The notes below the pieces were generated by a model that made no database searches, had not been told where the DNA came from, and saw only the letters and a list, made by a program, of their open reading frames with translations. A stretch of DNA of 64,000 nt from Rhizobium sp. Q54 (GTDB lineage Bacteria; Pseudomonadota; Alphaproteobacteria; UBA2966; CAIVPW01): the NCBI GenBank assembly GCA_945889645.1, contig CAMDCA010000002.1:26323-90322 (forward strand). The letters run 5' to 3'. Shown piece after piece: positions 47,408 to 58,540 of the stretch; the first letter of the stretch is position 1, and each line of letters starts with the position of its first letter. A program made the translations under genes and the position numbers.

Positions 47408-47794
47408 ATGGCAGTAATGATCCGCATGTCGCGCGCAGGCGCGAAGAAGCAGCCGCACTACCGCATCGTCGTGGCCGACAAGCGCAGCCCGCGCGACGGC
47501 AAGTTCATCGAGAAGCTCGGCACGTACGATCCGCGCCTGAAGTCGGATGATCCGAAGCGCGTGAACCTGAACCTGGAGCGCATCAAGCATTGGATGAGCC
47601 TGGGCGCCGTGCCGTCGGATCGCGTCGCGCGCTTCCTTGGCGCCGCCGGTGCGGCTCCGATGCCGAAGCAGCGCGTGCGTCCGCAGAAGTCGCTGCCCAA
47701 GACCAAGGCACAAGAGCGCATCAAGACCAACGAAGCCAAGGCGAAGGCCGCGGCCGATGCCAAGGCGAAGGCTGCCGAGGCACCGGCGAGCTAA
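47408..47794 (+). CDS. rpsP: 30S ribosomal protein S16
   Basis: IRMSRAGAKKQPHYRIVVAD, RDGKFIE. Confidence 0.95.
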   Translation: MAVMIRMSRAGAKKQPHYRIVVADKRSPRDGKFIEKLGTYDPRLKSDDPKRVNLNLERIKHWMSLGAVPSDRVARFLGAAGAAPMPKQRVRPQKSLPKTKAQERIKTNEAKAKAAADAKAKAAEAPAS

Positions 47795-48469
47795 TTGGCG
47801 AAGCGCAGGCTTGAGACTGGGGCAACACCCCCTCCCCTCCCTCCGTCACGCGAGGAGCGTGCTGACCCGCGCTCGCGCGCGTCCCGCACGACGAAGACGG
47901 GGGAGGGGAAGAAAAAGGACGCCGACATGGTGTGCTTGGGGCGCGTTGTCGTGGCGCACGGGGTGCAGGGGTGGGTCGGGATTGAGACCTATACCGAGCG
48001 CGCCGAGGAGATCGCGGCGTACGGCGATCTGACGGACGAAGCGGGCGAGACGACCTACACCCTGGCAGCGATGCGCATGGGGCCGAAGGGGTTGCTGGCG
48101 CTGTTCGAAGGCGTCGACGACCGCGACGCGGCCGAGGACCTGAAAGGGACTCGGTTGTACGTGCCGCGGTCCGCCCTGCCGCGCATCCGCGACAAGGACG
48201 CCTACTACCACGCCGACCTGATCGGCGTGGCGGCGGTCCTGATCGACGGGACCGCGCTGGGCACGGTGACGGCGGTGCAGAATTTCGGCGCCGGGGACCT
48301 GTTGGAGATCGTGGTGCCGGGCAAGCGAGATACCGTCCTGGTGCCCTTCACCAAGGCCATCGTGCCCGAGGTGGATATGAAGGCGCGGCGCCTGGTAGTG
48401 GATCCGCCGCCTGGGCTGCTGGACGACAGCAAGCCCGAGGAACCCCCAGAGGAAGGCGACGATGCCTGA
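47795..48469 (+). CDS. rimM: Ribosome maturation factor RimM
   Basis: [24 protein letters not shown]; start TTG 47795 or ATG 47927. Confidence 0.9.
   Translation: MAKRRLETGATPPPLPPSREERADPRSRASRTTKTGEGKKKDADMVCLGRVVVAHGVQGWVGIETYTERAEEIAAYGDLTDEAGETTYTLAAMRMGPKGLLALFEGVDDRDAAEDLKGTRLYVPRSALPRIRDKDAYYHADLIGVAAVLIDGTALGTVTAVQNFGAGDLLEIVVPGKRDTVLVPFTKAIVPEVDMKARRLVVDPPPGLLDDSKPEEPPEEGDDA
47828..47857 (+). repeat. Degenerate C-rich repeat, copy 2 (rimM 5' region)
   Basis: CCCCCTCCCCTCCCTCCGTCACGCGAGGAG, partial match to copy 1. Confidence 0.35.
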
Positions 48470-49211
48470 GGCGCCGTGGACCGCCCGGGTCCTGACCCTG
48501 TTCCCGGCGATGTTCCCCGGACCGTTGGGGCTTTCGCTGGCGGGATCGGCCCTGAAACAGGGCATTTGGGCCCTGGAAACGGTAGACATTCGCAGTTTCG
48601 CGAGCGATAAACACGCCACTGTTGACGACGCCCCCTATGGCGGCGGCCCCGGCATGGTCATGCGTGCGGACGTGCTGGCGGCGGCAATTGATTCGGCGGG
48701 CGATGCGGTTGGCACTGGAGTGGTCGATGGCGCGCCCTCGGCGCGACAGGAATCGCCAACGATCTATCTCTCACCGCGGGGCAAGCGGCTCGATCAGGCC
48801 CTGGTGCGGGATTTGGCGAAGGGGCCGGGCGTCACCCTGGTGTGCGGCAGGTTCGAGGGCGTCGACGAACGCGTCCTTGAGGCCCGCGGCCTCCAGGAGG
48901 TAAGCCTCGGCGACTTCGTGTTGTCGGGCGGCGAGCCGGCGGCACTGGCGCTGTTGGATGCGACGGTGCGGCTGCTGCCGGGCGTGATGGGCAAGGCGGA
49001 GTCGCCCATCGAAGAGAGTTTCGAGGCCGGACTGCTGGAATATCCCCAGTACACCCGGCCGCAAGTTTGGGAAGGCCGCGCCGTCCCGGACGTGCTGACC
49101 TCGGGCAACCATGCCGAGGTCGCCAAGTGGCGGCGGCGGCAGGCGGAAACGGTTACGGCGCAGCGGCGTCCCGATCTGTGGGCGGCCTACGCTGGCGAAA
49201 ACAAGAAGTAG
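48462..49211 (+). CDS. trmD: tRNA (guanine37-N1)-methyltransferase
   Basis: [30 protein letters not shown]. Confidence 0.96.
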   Translation: MPEAPWTARVLTLFPAMFPGPLGLSLAGSALKQGIWALETVDIRSFASDKHATVDDAPYGGGPGMVMRADVLAAAIDSAGDAVGTGVVDGAPSARQESPTIYLSPRGKRLDQALVRDLAKGPGVTLVCGRFEGVDERVLEARGLQEVSLGDFVLSGGEPAALALLDATVRLLPGVMGKAESPIEESFEAGLLEYPQYTRPQVWEGRAVPDVLTSGNHAEVAKWRRRQAETVTAQRRPDLWAAYAGENKK

Positions 49212-49225
49212 AGGGAACGAGCGTC

Positions 49226-49627
49226 ATGAACCTGCTGGAAGAATTCGACCGCAATCAGACCGCGAAGCTGGTCGCCGCACGTCCGGTGCCCCACTTCAAC
49301 CCGGGCGACACGCTGCGCATCAACGTGCGCGTGGTCGAAGGCGAGCGCACACGCGTCCAGGCATTCGAAGGCGTGTGCATCGCCAAGAAGAACCGCGGCC
49401 TGCATTCGTCGTTCACCGTGCGCAAGATTTCGTACGGCGAGGGAGTCGAGCGCATCTTCCCGCTGTACTCGCCGAACGTCGCCGGCATCGAAGTGGTGCG
49501 CCAGGGCGATGTGCGCCGCGCCAAGCTTTATTACCTTCGTGGCCTTTCGGGAAAGCGTGCCCGAATTAAGGAAAAGACCACCGATATTCGCCAGGACGGC
49601 GATAGCGGCGCGACCACCGAGGCGTAG
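49226..49627 (+). CDS. rplS: 50S ribosomal protein L19
   Basis: [24 protein letters not shown]. Confidence 0.96.
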   Translation: MNLLEEFDRNQTAKLVAARPVPHFNPGDTLRINVRVVEGERTRVQAFEGVCIAKKNRGLHSSFTVRKISYGEGVERIFPLYSPNVAGIEVVRQGDVRRAKLYYLRGLSGKRARIKEKTTDIRQDGDSGATTEA

Positions 49628-49700
49628 ACAACACAGCCACGTCAGACAGCCAGACCCGGCACGGGTGGCCCTGACGGGGCCAACCTGATCCGGGACTGTC

Positions 49701-51119
49701 ATGTCAGAACCACGCACGCTGTTCGAGAAGATTTGGGATAGCCACGTCGTCGCGGCGACGCCCGACGGAACATCCACCCTGTATGTCGATCGTCACCTCG
49801 TCCACGAGGTGACCAGCCCGCAGGCCTTCGAAAGCCTGCGCCTGGCCGGGCGCAAAGTGCGCCGGCCTGACGCGACGCTGGCCGTCGCCGACCACAACGT
49901 GCCGACCACCAACCGCGCCGCCGGCATCGCCGACCCTGAGTCGCGCATCCAGGTGGAGACGCTCGCCACCAACACGCGCGAGTTCGGCATCACGTACTTC
50001 TCCATGGACGACGTGCGCCAAGGGATCGTGCACATCGTCGGACCCGAGCAGGGCATGACCCAGCCGGGCATGACGATCGTGTGCGGCGACTCGCACACCT
50101 CGACCCACGGCGCGTTCGGTGCGCTGGCGTTCGGCATCGGCACGTCCGAGGTCGAGCACGTGCTAGCGACCCAGACGCTGGTGCAGCGCCGGCCCAAGAC
50201 CATGCGCGTGTCGGTCGAGGGCAAGGTGCCCGACGGCGTGACGGCCAAGGACATCGTGCTCGCCATCATCGGCAAGATCGGCACCGCGGGCGGCACCGGC
50301 TACGTCATCGAGTATGCCGGCCGCGCCATCCGCGAGCAGTCGATGGAAGGGCGCATGACGATCTGCAACATGTCGATCGAGGCGGGCGCCCGCGCCGGCG
50401 TGATCGCGCCCGACGAGAAGACCATCGCGTATCTGCGCGGCCGCCCGATGGCGCCGCAGGCCAAGGACTTCGACGCGGCCGCCGCGTTCTGGCGCACGCT
50501 TCCCAGCGACACCGACGCGGTGTTCGACCGCGAGGTGACGATCAACGCCGGCGAAATAGCGCCGCAAGTGACGTGGGGCACCAGCCCCGACGAGGTCGTG
50601 GCGATCACAGGCAAAGTGCCCGACCCGGCCAAGGAGAACGACCCGCAGCGCCGCGCCAAGATGCAGCGCGCGCTCAAGTACATGGGCCTCACGGCCGGCA
50701 CGGCGATGACCGACATCGCGATCAGCCGCGTGTTCATCGGCAGTTGCACCAACGCGCGCATCGAAGACCTGCGCGCCGCCGCCGGCGTGGTGAAGGGCCG
50801 CAAGGTCGCCGCCTCAGTACAGGCGATGGTGGTGCCGGGCTCCGGCCTGGTGAAGCTGCAGGCCGAGAAAGAAGGCTTGGCCGACGTGTTCCGGGCGGCG
50901 GGATTTGAGTGGCGCGAGCCGGGCTGTTCCATGTGCCTGGCGATGAACGCCGACCGGCTGGAGCCGGGCGAGCGCTGCGCCTCCACGTCCAACCGTAACT
51001 TCGAGGGCCGCCAGGGCCGCGGCGGACGCACGCACCTGGTGTCGCCGGAGATGGCGGCGGCCGCCGCGGTCACCGGCAAGCTCGCCGACGTGCGCGCGCT
51101 GGCACCCGTGGGTCGATAG
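49701..51119 (+). CDS. leuC: 3-isopropylmalate dehydratase large subunit
   Basis: [27 protein letters not shown]. Confidence 0.96.
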   Translation: MSEPRTLFEKIWDSHVVAATPDGTSTLYVDRHLVHEVTSPQAFESLRLAGRKVRRPDATLAVADHNVPTTNRAAGIADPESRIQVETLATNTREFGITYFSMDDVRQGIVHIVGPEQGMTQPGMTIVCGDSHTSTHGAFGALAFGIGTSEVEHVLATQTLVQRRPKTMRVSVEGKVPDGVTAKDIVLAIIGKIGTAGGTGYVIEYAGRAIREQSMEGRMTICNMSIEAGARAGVIAPDEKTIAYLRGRPMAPQAKDFDAAAAFWRTLPSDTDAVFDREVTINAGEIAPQVTWGTSPDEVVAITGKVPDPAKENDPQRRAKMQRALKYMGLTAGTAMTDIAISRVFIGSCTNARIEDLRAAAGVVKGRKVAASVQAMVVPGSGLVKLQAEKEGLADVFRAAGFEWREPGCSMCLAMNADRLEPGERCASTSNRNFEGRQGRGGRTHLVSPEMAAAAAVTGKLADVRALAPVGR

Positions 51120-51130
51120 GAGACACGCCG

Positions 51131-51751
51131 ATGGACAAGTTCAACAAGCTGACCAGCATCGCGGCGCCGCTGGAGATGATCAACGTGGATACCGACATGA
51201 TCATCCCCAAGCAGTTCCTGAAGACCATCAAGCGCACCGGCCTCGGCAAGCATCTGTTCCACGAGATGCGCTACAAGGCCGACGGCAAGGACAACTTCGA
51301 CTTCGTCCTCAACCGCATGCCGTACCGCAACGCCAAGATCCTTCTGGCGGGCGCCAACTTCGGCTGCGGCTCGTCGCGCGAACACGCGGCATGGGCGCTG
51401 CACGACTTCGGCATCCGTTGCATCATCGCGCCGTCGTTCGGCGACATCTTTTTCAGCAACTGCCAGAAGAACGGCATGTTGCCGATCAAGATGGGCGAGC
51501 TCGACGTCCAGTTCTTCATGCAGACCGCCACGAAGGGCGGAGAGTTCACGATCGATCTGGAGAAGCAGCGCGTCAATCTGCCGAACGGCGCGCCGATTCC
51601 GTTCCAGTACGACGAGTTCGCCAAGCATTGCCTGCTCAACGGCCTGGACGACATCGGCCTGACGCTGGAAAAGGCCGCCGACATCGACACGTTCGAGGCG
51701 GCGCAGAAGAAGACCCAGCCGTGGCTCTATTCGGCCAAGGGAGCGGCGTGA
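51131..51751 (+). CDS. leuD: 3-isopropylmalate dehydratase small subunit
   Basis: [23 protein letters not shown]. Confidence 0.96.
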   Translation: MDKFNKLTSIAAPLEMINVDTDMIIPKQFLKTIKRTGLGKHLFHEMRYKADGKDNFDFVLNRMPYRNAKILLAGANFGCGSSREHAAWALHDFGIRCIIAPSFGDIFFSNCQKNGMLPIKMGELDVQFFMQTATKGGEFTIDLEKQRVNLPNGAPIPFQYDEFAKHCLLNGLDDIGLTLEKAADIDTFEAAQKKTQPWLYSAKGAA

Positions 51752-52905
51752 GCGCAACGGCCAAATCCCTCGGCACGGTTCTGTGCCTGCCGGGCGACGG
51801 CATCGGCCCCGAGGTGATGGCCGAGGCGCGACGCGTGGCAGAATGGTTCGCGGCGACGCGCGGCGTGCGCTTCACGTTCACCGACGGCCTAGTTGGCGGC
51901 GCGGCGTACGACGCGTCCGGCGCGCCGCTGACCGACGCCACCATGGCGCAGGCGATGGCGGCGGACGCTGTGCTGCTCGGCGCCGTCGGCGGTCCGAAGT
52001 GGGACAACCTCGAGTTCAAGGTGAAGCCGGAGCGCGGTCTGCTGCGCCTGCGCAAGGACATGGAGCTGTTCGCCAACCTGCGCCCGGCCCTGGTCTATCC
52101 GGCCCTGGCCGAGGCCTCGACGCTGAAGCACGAGGTGGTCGCCGGCCTCGACATCATGATCGTGCGCGAGCTGACGGGCGGCGTGTACTTCGGCGAGCCG
52201 CGCGGCATCACCGACCTCGGCAACGGCCAGCGCCGCGGCGTCAACACCCAGGTCTACACGACCGCCGAGATCCACCGCGTCGCCCGCGTCGCGTTTGACA
52301 TCGCCCGCGCCCGCGGCAAGCGCGTGTGCTCGATGGAGAAGGCCAACGTCATGGAGTCGGGACTCCTGTGGCGCGAAGAGGTCACCAAGCTGCATGCGGC
52401 CGAGTACACCGACGTGCAACTCAGCCACATGTACGCCGACAACGGCGCCATGCAGCTGGTGCGCAACCCCAAGCAGTTCGACGTCATCGTCACCGACAAC
52501 CTGTTCGGCGACATCCTGTCGGACGAAGCGTCGATGCTGACCGGCTCGCTCGGCATGCTGCCGTCGGCCTCGCTCGGCGCAACGGACGCGAAGGGCAAGC
52601 GGCGCGCGCTGTACGAGCCGATCCACGGCTCGGCGCCGGACATAGCCGGCAAGGGCGTCGCCAATCCGCTCGCCACCATCCTCAGCTTCGCCATGATGCT
52701 GCGCTATTCGTTCGGGCTGGGGGCCGAAGCCGACCTGCTCGACCGCGCCGTCGGCGCCGTGCTGGATACGGGCGTCCGAACTAGTGACATCCAACAAGCC
52801 GGCAAGAAGTTGGTCTCGACCCGCGAGATGGGCGAGGCCGTGGTGGATACGCTAGGGCAGCTGGCCAAGGCCGGCGGCTCCAAGCAGATGGCAGGAGCAC
52901 ACTGA
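51748..52905 (+). CDS. leuB: 3-isopropylmalate dehydrogenase
   Basis: [28 protein letters not shown]; GTG start. Confidence 0.95.
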   Translation: MSATAKSLGTVLCLPGDGIGPEVMAEARRVAEWFAATRGVRFTFTDGLVGGAAYDASGAPLTDATMAQAMAADAVLLGAVGGPKWDNLEFKVKPERGLLRLRKDMELFANLRPALVYPALAEASTLKHEVVAGLDIMIVRELTGGVYFGEPRGITDLGNGQRRGVNTQVYTTAEIHRVARVAFDIARARGKRVCSMEKANVMESGLLWREEVTKLHAAEYTDVQLSHMYADNGAMQLVRNPKQFDVIVTDNLFGDILSDEASMLTGSLGMLPSASLGATDAKGKRRALYEPIHGSAPDIAGKGVANPLATILSFAMMLRYSFGLGAEADLLDRAVGAVLDTGVRTSDIQQAGKKLVSTREMGEAVVDTLGQLAKAGGSKQMAGAH

Positions 52906-53930
52906 TGGGCTATCGGGTCGTAGTCGTGGGCGCCACGGGCAACGTGGGCCGCGAGATTCTGAACGTGCTGGATGAGCGCAAGTTCGACGTGAGCGACATC
53001 GCGGCGCTCGCCTCGACCCGCTCGGTCGGCAAAGAGGTTTCGTTCGGCGACCGGGTGCTCAAGGTTCGGGCGCTCGATACGTTCGACTTCAAGGGCTGGG
53101 ACATCGCCCTGTTCTCGCCCGGCGCCGCCGTGTCGGCGATCCACGCGCCGCGCGCCGCTGCCGCCGGCTGCGTGGTGATCGACAACACCTCGCACTTCCG
53201 CATGGACCCGGACATTCCGCTGATCGTGCCGGAAGTGAACCCGGACGCGGTCAAGGGCTGGTCCAAGAAGGGCATCATTGCCAACCCGAACTGCTCGACC
53301 ATCCAGATGGTCGTGGCGCTCAAGCCGCTGCACGACAAGGCGACGATCAAGCGCATCGTGGTGGCGACCTATCAATCCACCTCGGGCGCCGGAAACGACG
53401 CCATGGAGGAGTTGTTCCAGCAGACCAAGGGCGTGTTCGTGAACGACGGCGTCGAGCCGAAACTGTTCCCCAAGCAGATCGCGTTCAACGTCATCCCGCA
53501 GATCGACAAGTTCCTCGACGACGGCTCCACCAAGGAAGAGTGGAAGATGGAGGTCGAGACCAAGAAGATCCTCGACCCGCGCATCAAGGTGACGGCGACG
53601 TGCGTGCGCGTGCCGACCTTCATCAGCCACGCCGAAGCCGTGAACGTCGAGTTCGAGCACCCGATCTCGGCCGCCGAAGCGCGCGCCATCCTGCGCGAGG
53701 CGCCGGGCGTGCTGGTGCACGACGTGCGCGAACCGGGCGGCTACACCACCCCGGTCGAGGCGGCCGGCGAATCCGCCACATTCGTGTCCCGCATCCGCGA
53801 GGACCATACGGTGGAGAACGGCCTGAACCTGTGGGTCGTCGCCGACAACCTGCGCAAGGGCGCGGCCCTCAACGCGGTGCAGATCGCGGAGTTGATGGTC
53901 AACCGCAAGCTGTTGAAGCGGGCGGCGTAG
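52905..53930 (+). CDS. asd: Aspartate-semialdehyde dehydrogenase
   Basis: GATGNVG, NPNCST, DNLRKGAALN. Confidence 0.96.
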   Translation: MGYRVVVVGATGNVGREILNVLDERKFDVSDIAALASTRSVGKEVSFGDRVLKVRALDTFDFKGWDIALFSPGAAVSAIHAPRAAAAGCVVIDNTSHFRMDPDIPLIVPEVNPDAVKGWSKKGIIANPNCSTIQMVVALKPLHDKATIKRIVVATYQSTSGAGNDAMEELFQQTKGVFVNDGVEPKLFPKQIAFNVIPQIDKFLDDGSTKEEWKMEVETKKILDPRIKVTATCVRVPTFISHAEAVNVEFEHPISAAEARAILREAPGVLVHDVREPGGYTTPVEAAGESATFVSRIREDHTVENGLNLWVVADNLRKGAALNAVQIAELMVNRKLLKRAA

Positions 53931-53942
53931 GACGCTTACCCA

Positions 53943-53981
53943 CCCCTTGCCCTGCCCTCTCCCGCCCATAGCGGGAGAGGG
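53943..53981 (+). repeat. C-rich palindromic repeat, copy 3 (asd-sdhC gap)
   Basis: CCCTCTCCCGC-CCATA-GCGGGAGAGGG stem preceded by a C-rich arm. Confidence 0.7.
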
Positions 53982-54005
53982 TTGCTGCCGCTAGACTCCC
54001 TCCCA

Positions 54006-54398
54006 ATGCCTCCCGATCCGCGGCCCTTGTCGCCGCATCTTTCCGTCTATCGATTTCAGTGGACGATGGCGTTGTCCATCTTGCACCGGGTCACCGGCGT
54101 GGGGTTGGGGCTGGGCCTTGTCCTGTTGGCGTGGTGGCTGGCGGCGGCGGCCTATGGGCCGGAGGCGTACGACCTGGTGCGGGGGTTCACGGGGTCGATT
54201 CCGGGGCGGTTCGTGCTGCTCGGGTTCACGTTCGCGATGCTCTATCACCTGTGCAACGGGCTGCGGCATCTGGCGTGGGACCTGGGCCTCGGCTTCGGGC
54301 TGCGCACGGCGCACGCGAGTGGCTGGCTGGCGCTGATGGCGGCGATTGCGCTGACCATCGTGGCGTGGCTGGCCGGATACTGGGCGCGGGGGCTGTAG
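54006..54398 (+). CDS. sdhC: Succinate dehydrogenase cytochrome b556 subunit
   Basis: RPLSPHL, SILHRVTG, HLCNGLRHL. Confidence 0.93.
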   Translation: MPPDPRPLSPHLSVYRFQWTMALSILHRVTGVGLGLGLVLLAWWLAAAAYGPEAYDLVRGFTGSIPGRFVLLGFTFAMLYHLCNGLRHLAWDLGLGFGLRTAHASGWLALMAAIALTIVAWLAGYWARGL

Positions 54399-54775
54399 TG
54401 GCACACCTTCGATCGCCGGTGGCGCGGGCACGCGGATTGGGTTCCGCCCATACCGGCGTGTCCGAGTGGTGGCGGCAGCGGCTCACGGCGGTGGCGCTGG
54501 TGCCGCTGTGCCTGTGGTTCGGGGCGTCGCTGATTTCGCTGACCGGCGCGGACCATGCGCACTTTGCGGCGTGGATGGCGGAGCCGCTGCATGCGGTGGG
54601 GCTGCTGCTGGTGATCGGCGCGGCGTCGTACCACCTCAAGGTCGGGCTCGACGTGGTGATCGAGGACTACGTGCACACCGAGTGGGCCAAGGTGACGCTG
54701 CTGGTGGTCAACGGCTTCGGCGCGGTGACGATGGCGGCGGTGTCGGCGTTTGCGGTGTTGAAGTTGGCGTTGTAG
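54398..54775 (+). CDS. sdhD: Succinate dehydrogenase membrane anchor
   Basis: [20 protein letters not shown]. Confidence 0.92.
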   Translation: MAHLRSPVARARGLGSAHTGVSEWWRQRLTAVALVPLCLWFGASLISLTGADHAHFAAWMAEPLHAVGLLLVIGAASYHLKVGLDVVIEDYVHTEWAKVTLLVVNGFGAVTMAAVSAFAVLKLAL

Positions 54776-54779
54776 CACC

Positions 54780-56573
54780 GTGACGGTCGCGTATCCGATT
54801 CAGGAGCATGTGTACGACGCCGTTGTTGTTGGCGCCGGCGGTGCCGGGCTGCGCGCGACCATGGGGCTGGCGGAGGCCGGGTTGCGGACGGCCAACATCA
54901 CCAAGGTGTTTCCGACGCGTAGCCATACGGTGGCGGCGCAGGGGGGGATTTCGGCGGCGTTGGGCAACATGGCGCCGGATGATTGGCGTTGGCACATGTA
55001 CGACACGGTCAAAGGGTCGGACTGGCTCGGCGACCAGGATGCCATCGAGTACATGTGCCGCGAGGGGCCGAGCGCGGTCATTGAGCTTGAGCACTATGGC
55101 GTGCCGTTTTCGCGCACGGCCGAGGGCAAGATCTACCAGCGTGCGTTCGGCGGTATGACCACCGAGTTCGGTCTGGGACAGGCCCAGCGCACGTGCGCCG
55201 CTGCCGACCGCACCGGCCACGCCATCCTGCACGCGCTGTACCAGCAGTCGCTGAAGAACGACGCCAAGTTCTTCATCGAGCATTTCGCCATCGATCTGAT
55301 CATGGACGAGGACGACGGCGCCTGCCGCGGTGTCATGGCGTGGAGCCTGGAGGATGGCAGCATCCACCGTTTCCGCGCCCACGTGGTGGTACTGGCGACC
55401 GGCGGCTATGGCCGCGTGTACCAGTCCACCACCGGCGCCCACACCTGCACCGGCGACGGCGGCGGCATGGCCTTGCGCGCAGGACTGCCCCTGCAGGACG
55501 CCGAGTTCGTGCAGTTCCATCCGACCGGAGTCTACGGCTCCGGCGTGCTGATCTCGGAGGCGGCGCGCGGCGAGGGCGGCGTGCTGGTGAATTCCAAGGG
55601 CGAGCGCTTCATGGAGCGCTACGCGCCCAACGCCAAGGAGCTGGCTTCGCGCGACGTGGTGAGCCGCGCCATCACCACGGAGATCCGCGAGGGGCGCGGC
55701 TGCGGGCCGGCCAAGGACTACATCCACCTCGACGTCAGTCATTTGGGCGAACAGGTCTTGCGCGAGCGGCTGCCGGGCGTGGTCGAGAATGGCCGCGTGT
55801 TCGCCGGCGTCAACGCGCTGCAGGAGCCGCTGCCGGTGGTGCCGACGTGCCATTACAACATGGGCGGCATCCCGGCCAACATCGGTGGCGAGGTCGTGGT
55901 CCCGCGCGGGACCAATCTGGAATCGCCGGTGCCTGGACTGATGGCGATCGGCGAAGGCGCCTGCGTTTCGGTACACGGCGCCAACCGGCTGGGGTCCAAT
56001 TCGCTGCTCGACCTGGTGGTGTTCGGGCGCGCGGCGGCCAAGCGCGCGGAGGCCATCGTGACGGCGGGGGCGCCGCACAAGGAGCTGCCCAAGGCGGCCG
56101 GCGAACCGGCGCTGGCGCGTTTCGACCGGCTGCGCCATGCGCGCGGCGGCATCCCGACGGCGGCTCTGCGCCAGCGCATGCAGAAGGTGATGCAGACGTA
56201 CTGCGCCGTATTCCGCGAGACGGCGCACCTCGACACCGGCATCGCCGAATTGCAGGCCGTGTGGCACGACATGGCCGATATTTGCGTGTCGGACCATTCG
56301 CTGATCTGGAACTCGGACCTGGTCGAGACGCTGGAGCTCGACAACCTGCTGCGTCTGGCGGTCGCCACTATCCATTCGGCGCGCAACCGCGAGGAAAGCC
56401 GTGGCGCCCACGCGCGCGAGGATTTCCCCAAGCGCGACGACGAGCGCTGGCTCAAGCACACGCTGGCCTGGGTGAACGCGGACGGCGCGGTGACGATCGG
56501 CTACCGGCCGGTGCACCTGAAGGCGCTGAGCGACGACGTGCGCGCGTTCCCGCCCAAGGCGCGAGTATATTGA
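54780..56573 (+). CDS. sdhA: Succinate dehydrogenase flavoprotein
   Basis: [23 protein letters not shown]. Confidence 0.96.
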   Translation: MTVAYPIQEHVYDAVVVGAGGAGLRATMGLAEAGLRTANITKVFPTRSHTVAAQGGISAALGNMAPDDWRWHMYDTVKGSDWLGDQDAIEYMCREGPSAVIELEHYGVPFSRTAEGKIYQRAFGGMTTEFGLGQAQRTCAAADRTGHAILHALYQQSLKNDAKFFIEHFAIDLIMDEDDGACRGVMAWSLEDGSIHRFRAHVVVLATGGYGRVYQSTTGAHTCTGDGGGMALRAGLPLQDAEFVQFHPTGVYGSGVLISEAARGEGGVLVNSKGERFMERYAPNAKELASRDVVSRAITTEIREGRGCGPAKDYIHLDVSHLGEQVLRERLPGVVENGRVFAGVNALQEPLPVVPTCHYNMGGIPANIGGEVVVPRGTNLESPVPGLMAIGEGACVSVHGANRLGSNSLLDLVVFGRAAAKRAEAIVTAGAPHKELPKAAGEPALARFDRLRHARGGIPTAALRQRMQKVMQTYCAVFRETAHLDTGIAELQAVWHDMADICVSDHSLIWNSDLVETLELDNLLRLAVATIHSARNREESRGAHAREDFPKRDDERWLKHTLAWVNADGAVTIGYRPVHLKALSDDVRAFPPKARVY

Positions 56574-56577
56574 CGCG

Positions 56578-57360
56578 ATGGTTGCGTTCACCCTTCCGAA
56601 GAATTCGCGCGTCGGCACCGGCAAGACGTATCGGGCGCCGGCCGGCGCGAAGCGCGTGCGGCGGTTCCGCGTCTACCGCTGGAACCCAGACGATGGCGCC
56701 AACCCGGTGATGGACACGTTCGAGCTGGACCTCGACCAGTGCGGGCCGATGGTCCTGGACGCGCTGATCAAGATCAAGGACGAGGTTGACGCGTCGCTGA
56801 CCTTCCGGCGCTCGTGCCGTGAGGGCGTGTGCGGCAGCTGCGCCATGAACGTGGACGGCACCAACACGCTGGCGTGCGTGAAGCACATCGACGAGATCCA
56901 GGGCGACGTCATGGTCTACCCGCTGCCGCACCTGAAGGTCGTCAAGGACCTGGTCGGCGACATGACGGCGTTCTTCGCCCAGTACGCGTCGGTGCAGCCG
57001 TGGCTGCAGGCGGAAAGCGCCGCGCCACAAGCACGCGAGCGGCTGCAAAGCCCCGAGGACCGCGCCAAGCTGGACGGGCTGTGGGAGTGCATCCTGTGCG
57101 CGTGCTGCTCGACCAGCTGCCCGAGCTATTGGTGGAACGGCGAGAAGTTCCTGGGGCCGGCGACGCTGCTGCAGTCTTACCGGTGGATCGTCGATTCGCG
57201 CGACGAAAACACCGGCGAGCGCCTCGACTACCTCGAGGACCCGCACCGGCTGTACCGCTGCCACACCATCATGAACTGCACGGCGACGTGCCCGAAGGGG
57301 CTGAACCCGGCCAAGGCGATTTCCGAGATCAAGAAGCTGATCGTGGAGCGGCGGAGTTAG
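56578..57360 (+). CDS. sdhB: Succinate dehydrogenase Fe-S subunit
   Basis: [29 protein letters not shown]. Confidence 0.96.
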   Translation: MVAFTLPKNSRVGTGKTYRAPAGAKRVRRFRVYRWNPDDGANPVMDTFELDLDQCGPMVLDALIKIKDEVDASLTFRRSCREGVCGSCAMNVDGTNTLACVKHIDEIQGDVMVYPLPHLKVVKDLVGDMTAFFAQYASVQPWLQAESAAPQARERLQSPEDRAKLDGLWECILCACCSTSCPSYWWNGEKFLGPATLLQSYRWIVDSRDENTGERLDYLEDPHRLYRCHTIMNCTATCPKGLNPAKAISEIKKLIVERRS

Positions 57361-57365
57361 CCCCC

Positions 57366-57396
57366 CTTGATACGTACCACGTATCAAGCGTAGTCT
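57366..57396 (+). promoter_or_regulatory. higBA promoter with palindromic operator
   Basis: CTTGATACGT-ACC-ACGTATCAAG perfect inverted repeat overlapping TTGATA-N18-TAGTCT. Confidence 0.65.
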
Positions 57397-57404
57397 GCGG
57401 GCCG

Positions 57405-57686
57405 ATGATCCGGTCTTTCGGCTCCAAGGAGACGGAGCGCATCTGGCAGGGCAGATCGAGTCGCGCATTACCGGCGAACATCCAGGAACGGGCGCTGCGA
57501 AAGCTGCGTCAGTTGGATGCAGCGGCGACTCTGGACGACCTGCGCAATCCGCCCGGGAACCGGCTGGAGGCGCTGCACGGCGATCGGGCGGGCGACTTCA
57601 GTATTCGGATCAGTGAGCAATGGCGCATTTGTTTCGGCTGGGCGGCCGGCGACGCCGTTGACGTAGAAATTGTCGACTATCACTGA
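57405..57686 (+). CDS. higB: HigB toxin (RelE/ParE superfamily)
   Basis: MIRSF, PPGNRLEAL, SIRISEQWRICF, VEIVDYH. Confidence 0.9.
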   Translation: MIRSFGSKETERIWQGRSSRALPANIQERALRKLRQLDAAATLDDLRNPPGNRLEALHGDRAGDFSIRISEQWRICFGWAAGDAVDVEIVDYH

Positions 57687-57702
57687 GACAGGATCTTGAG
57701 CC

Positions 57703-58005
57703 ATGGCACTGCTTCGCAATCCGCACCCCGGCGAAATTCTGCGTCACGAGTTTCTCGACGAGATCGGCATGAGTCAGAATCAACTGGCGCAGGCGCTCGC
57801 CGTGCCCGCGAACCGTATTCACGCGATCGCCAAGGGTACGCGGGACATCAGCGCCGATACGGACCTGCGCCTTTGCAGGTTCTTCGGACTGTCGGATGGG
57901 TACTTCCTGCGCCTGCAGAATGCCTACGACACGATGGAGGCCAAGCGGGCCACGGGCGCCGAAGTAGCACGGATCAAACCGTACAAAGCGCAGCGCGCGG
58001 CGTGA
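57703..58005 (+). CDS. higA: HigA antitoxin (HTH)
   Basis: HPGEILRHEFL, ISADTDLRLCRFF, LQNAYD. Confidence 0.9.
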   Translation: MALLRNPHPGEILRHEFLDEIGMSQNQLAQALAVPANRIHAIAKGTRDISADTDLRLCRFFGLSDGYFLRLQNAYDTMEAKRATGAEVARIKPYKAQRAA

Positions 58006-58007
58006 GC

Positions 58008-58069
58008 GTGGATGTCCGGGTCAGGCCCGGCCACGACGATCGTGAGACAGTCTGGATTGCGGCGCGCGC
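58008..58069. repeat. REP-like palindrome between convergent genes
   Basis: GTGGATGTCCGGGTCAGGCCCGGCCACGAC plus CTGGATTGC; related to 8611-8694. Confidence 0.5.
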
Positions 58070-58471
58070 TCAGAACGACTCGGAGCGGCAGCCCATTGCT
58101 TCGTGCAGGGCGTCGGGGAGGATGACGGCGCCTTTGAGCTTGGCGCCGGCGAGGTCGGCGCCGGCGAGGTCGGCGAAGCGCAGGTCGGCGAAGCGCAGGT
58201 CGGCGCCGGCGAGGTCGGTGTCGCGTAGGCGGGCGCCCTTCAGGTTAGCGTTCTTGAGGTTCGCCTCGTCCAGCTTGGCGTCGGACAGGTCGGCCTCGCG
58301 CAGATCAGCGTTCTCAAAGTTGACCTTGGACAGGACGGCGCGCTTCAGCACCGCGCCCTGCAGCTTGGCGCCGGAGAGGTCGCGGCCGGTCAGGCGGGCT
58401 TGTTCGCCGCCGTCATCGGCGAGCCAGCGCTTGTGATCCCGGACGATGCGGTCGATGTCACTCTGATCCAT
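58070..58471 (-). CDS. Pentapeptide repeat protein
   Basis: Tandem A(D/N/K)LxxA repeats after an HKRWL cap. Confidence 0.85.
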   Translation of the reverse strand: MDQSDIDRIVRDHKRWLADDGGEQARLTGRDLSGAKLQGAVLKRAVLSKVNFENADLREADLSDAKLDEANLKNANLKGARLRDTDLAGADLRFADLRFADLAGADLAGAKLKGAVILPDALHEAMGCRSESF

Positions 58472-58493
58472 GGCACTCGCGCTTGGAGAGACG

Positions 58494-58531
58494 CCCCCAC
58501 CCTACCCTCCTCCGCTGAAGCGGGAGAGGGG
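58494..58531 (+). repeat. C-rich palindromic repeat, copy 4
   Basis: CCCCCACCCTACCCTCCTCCGCTGAAGCGGGAGAGGGG. Confidence 0.7.
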
Positions 58532-58540
58532 AAAAACTAG

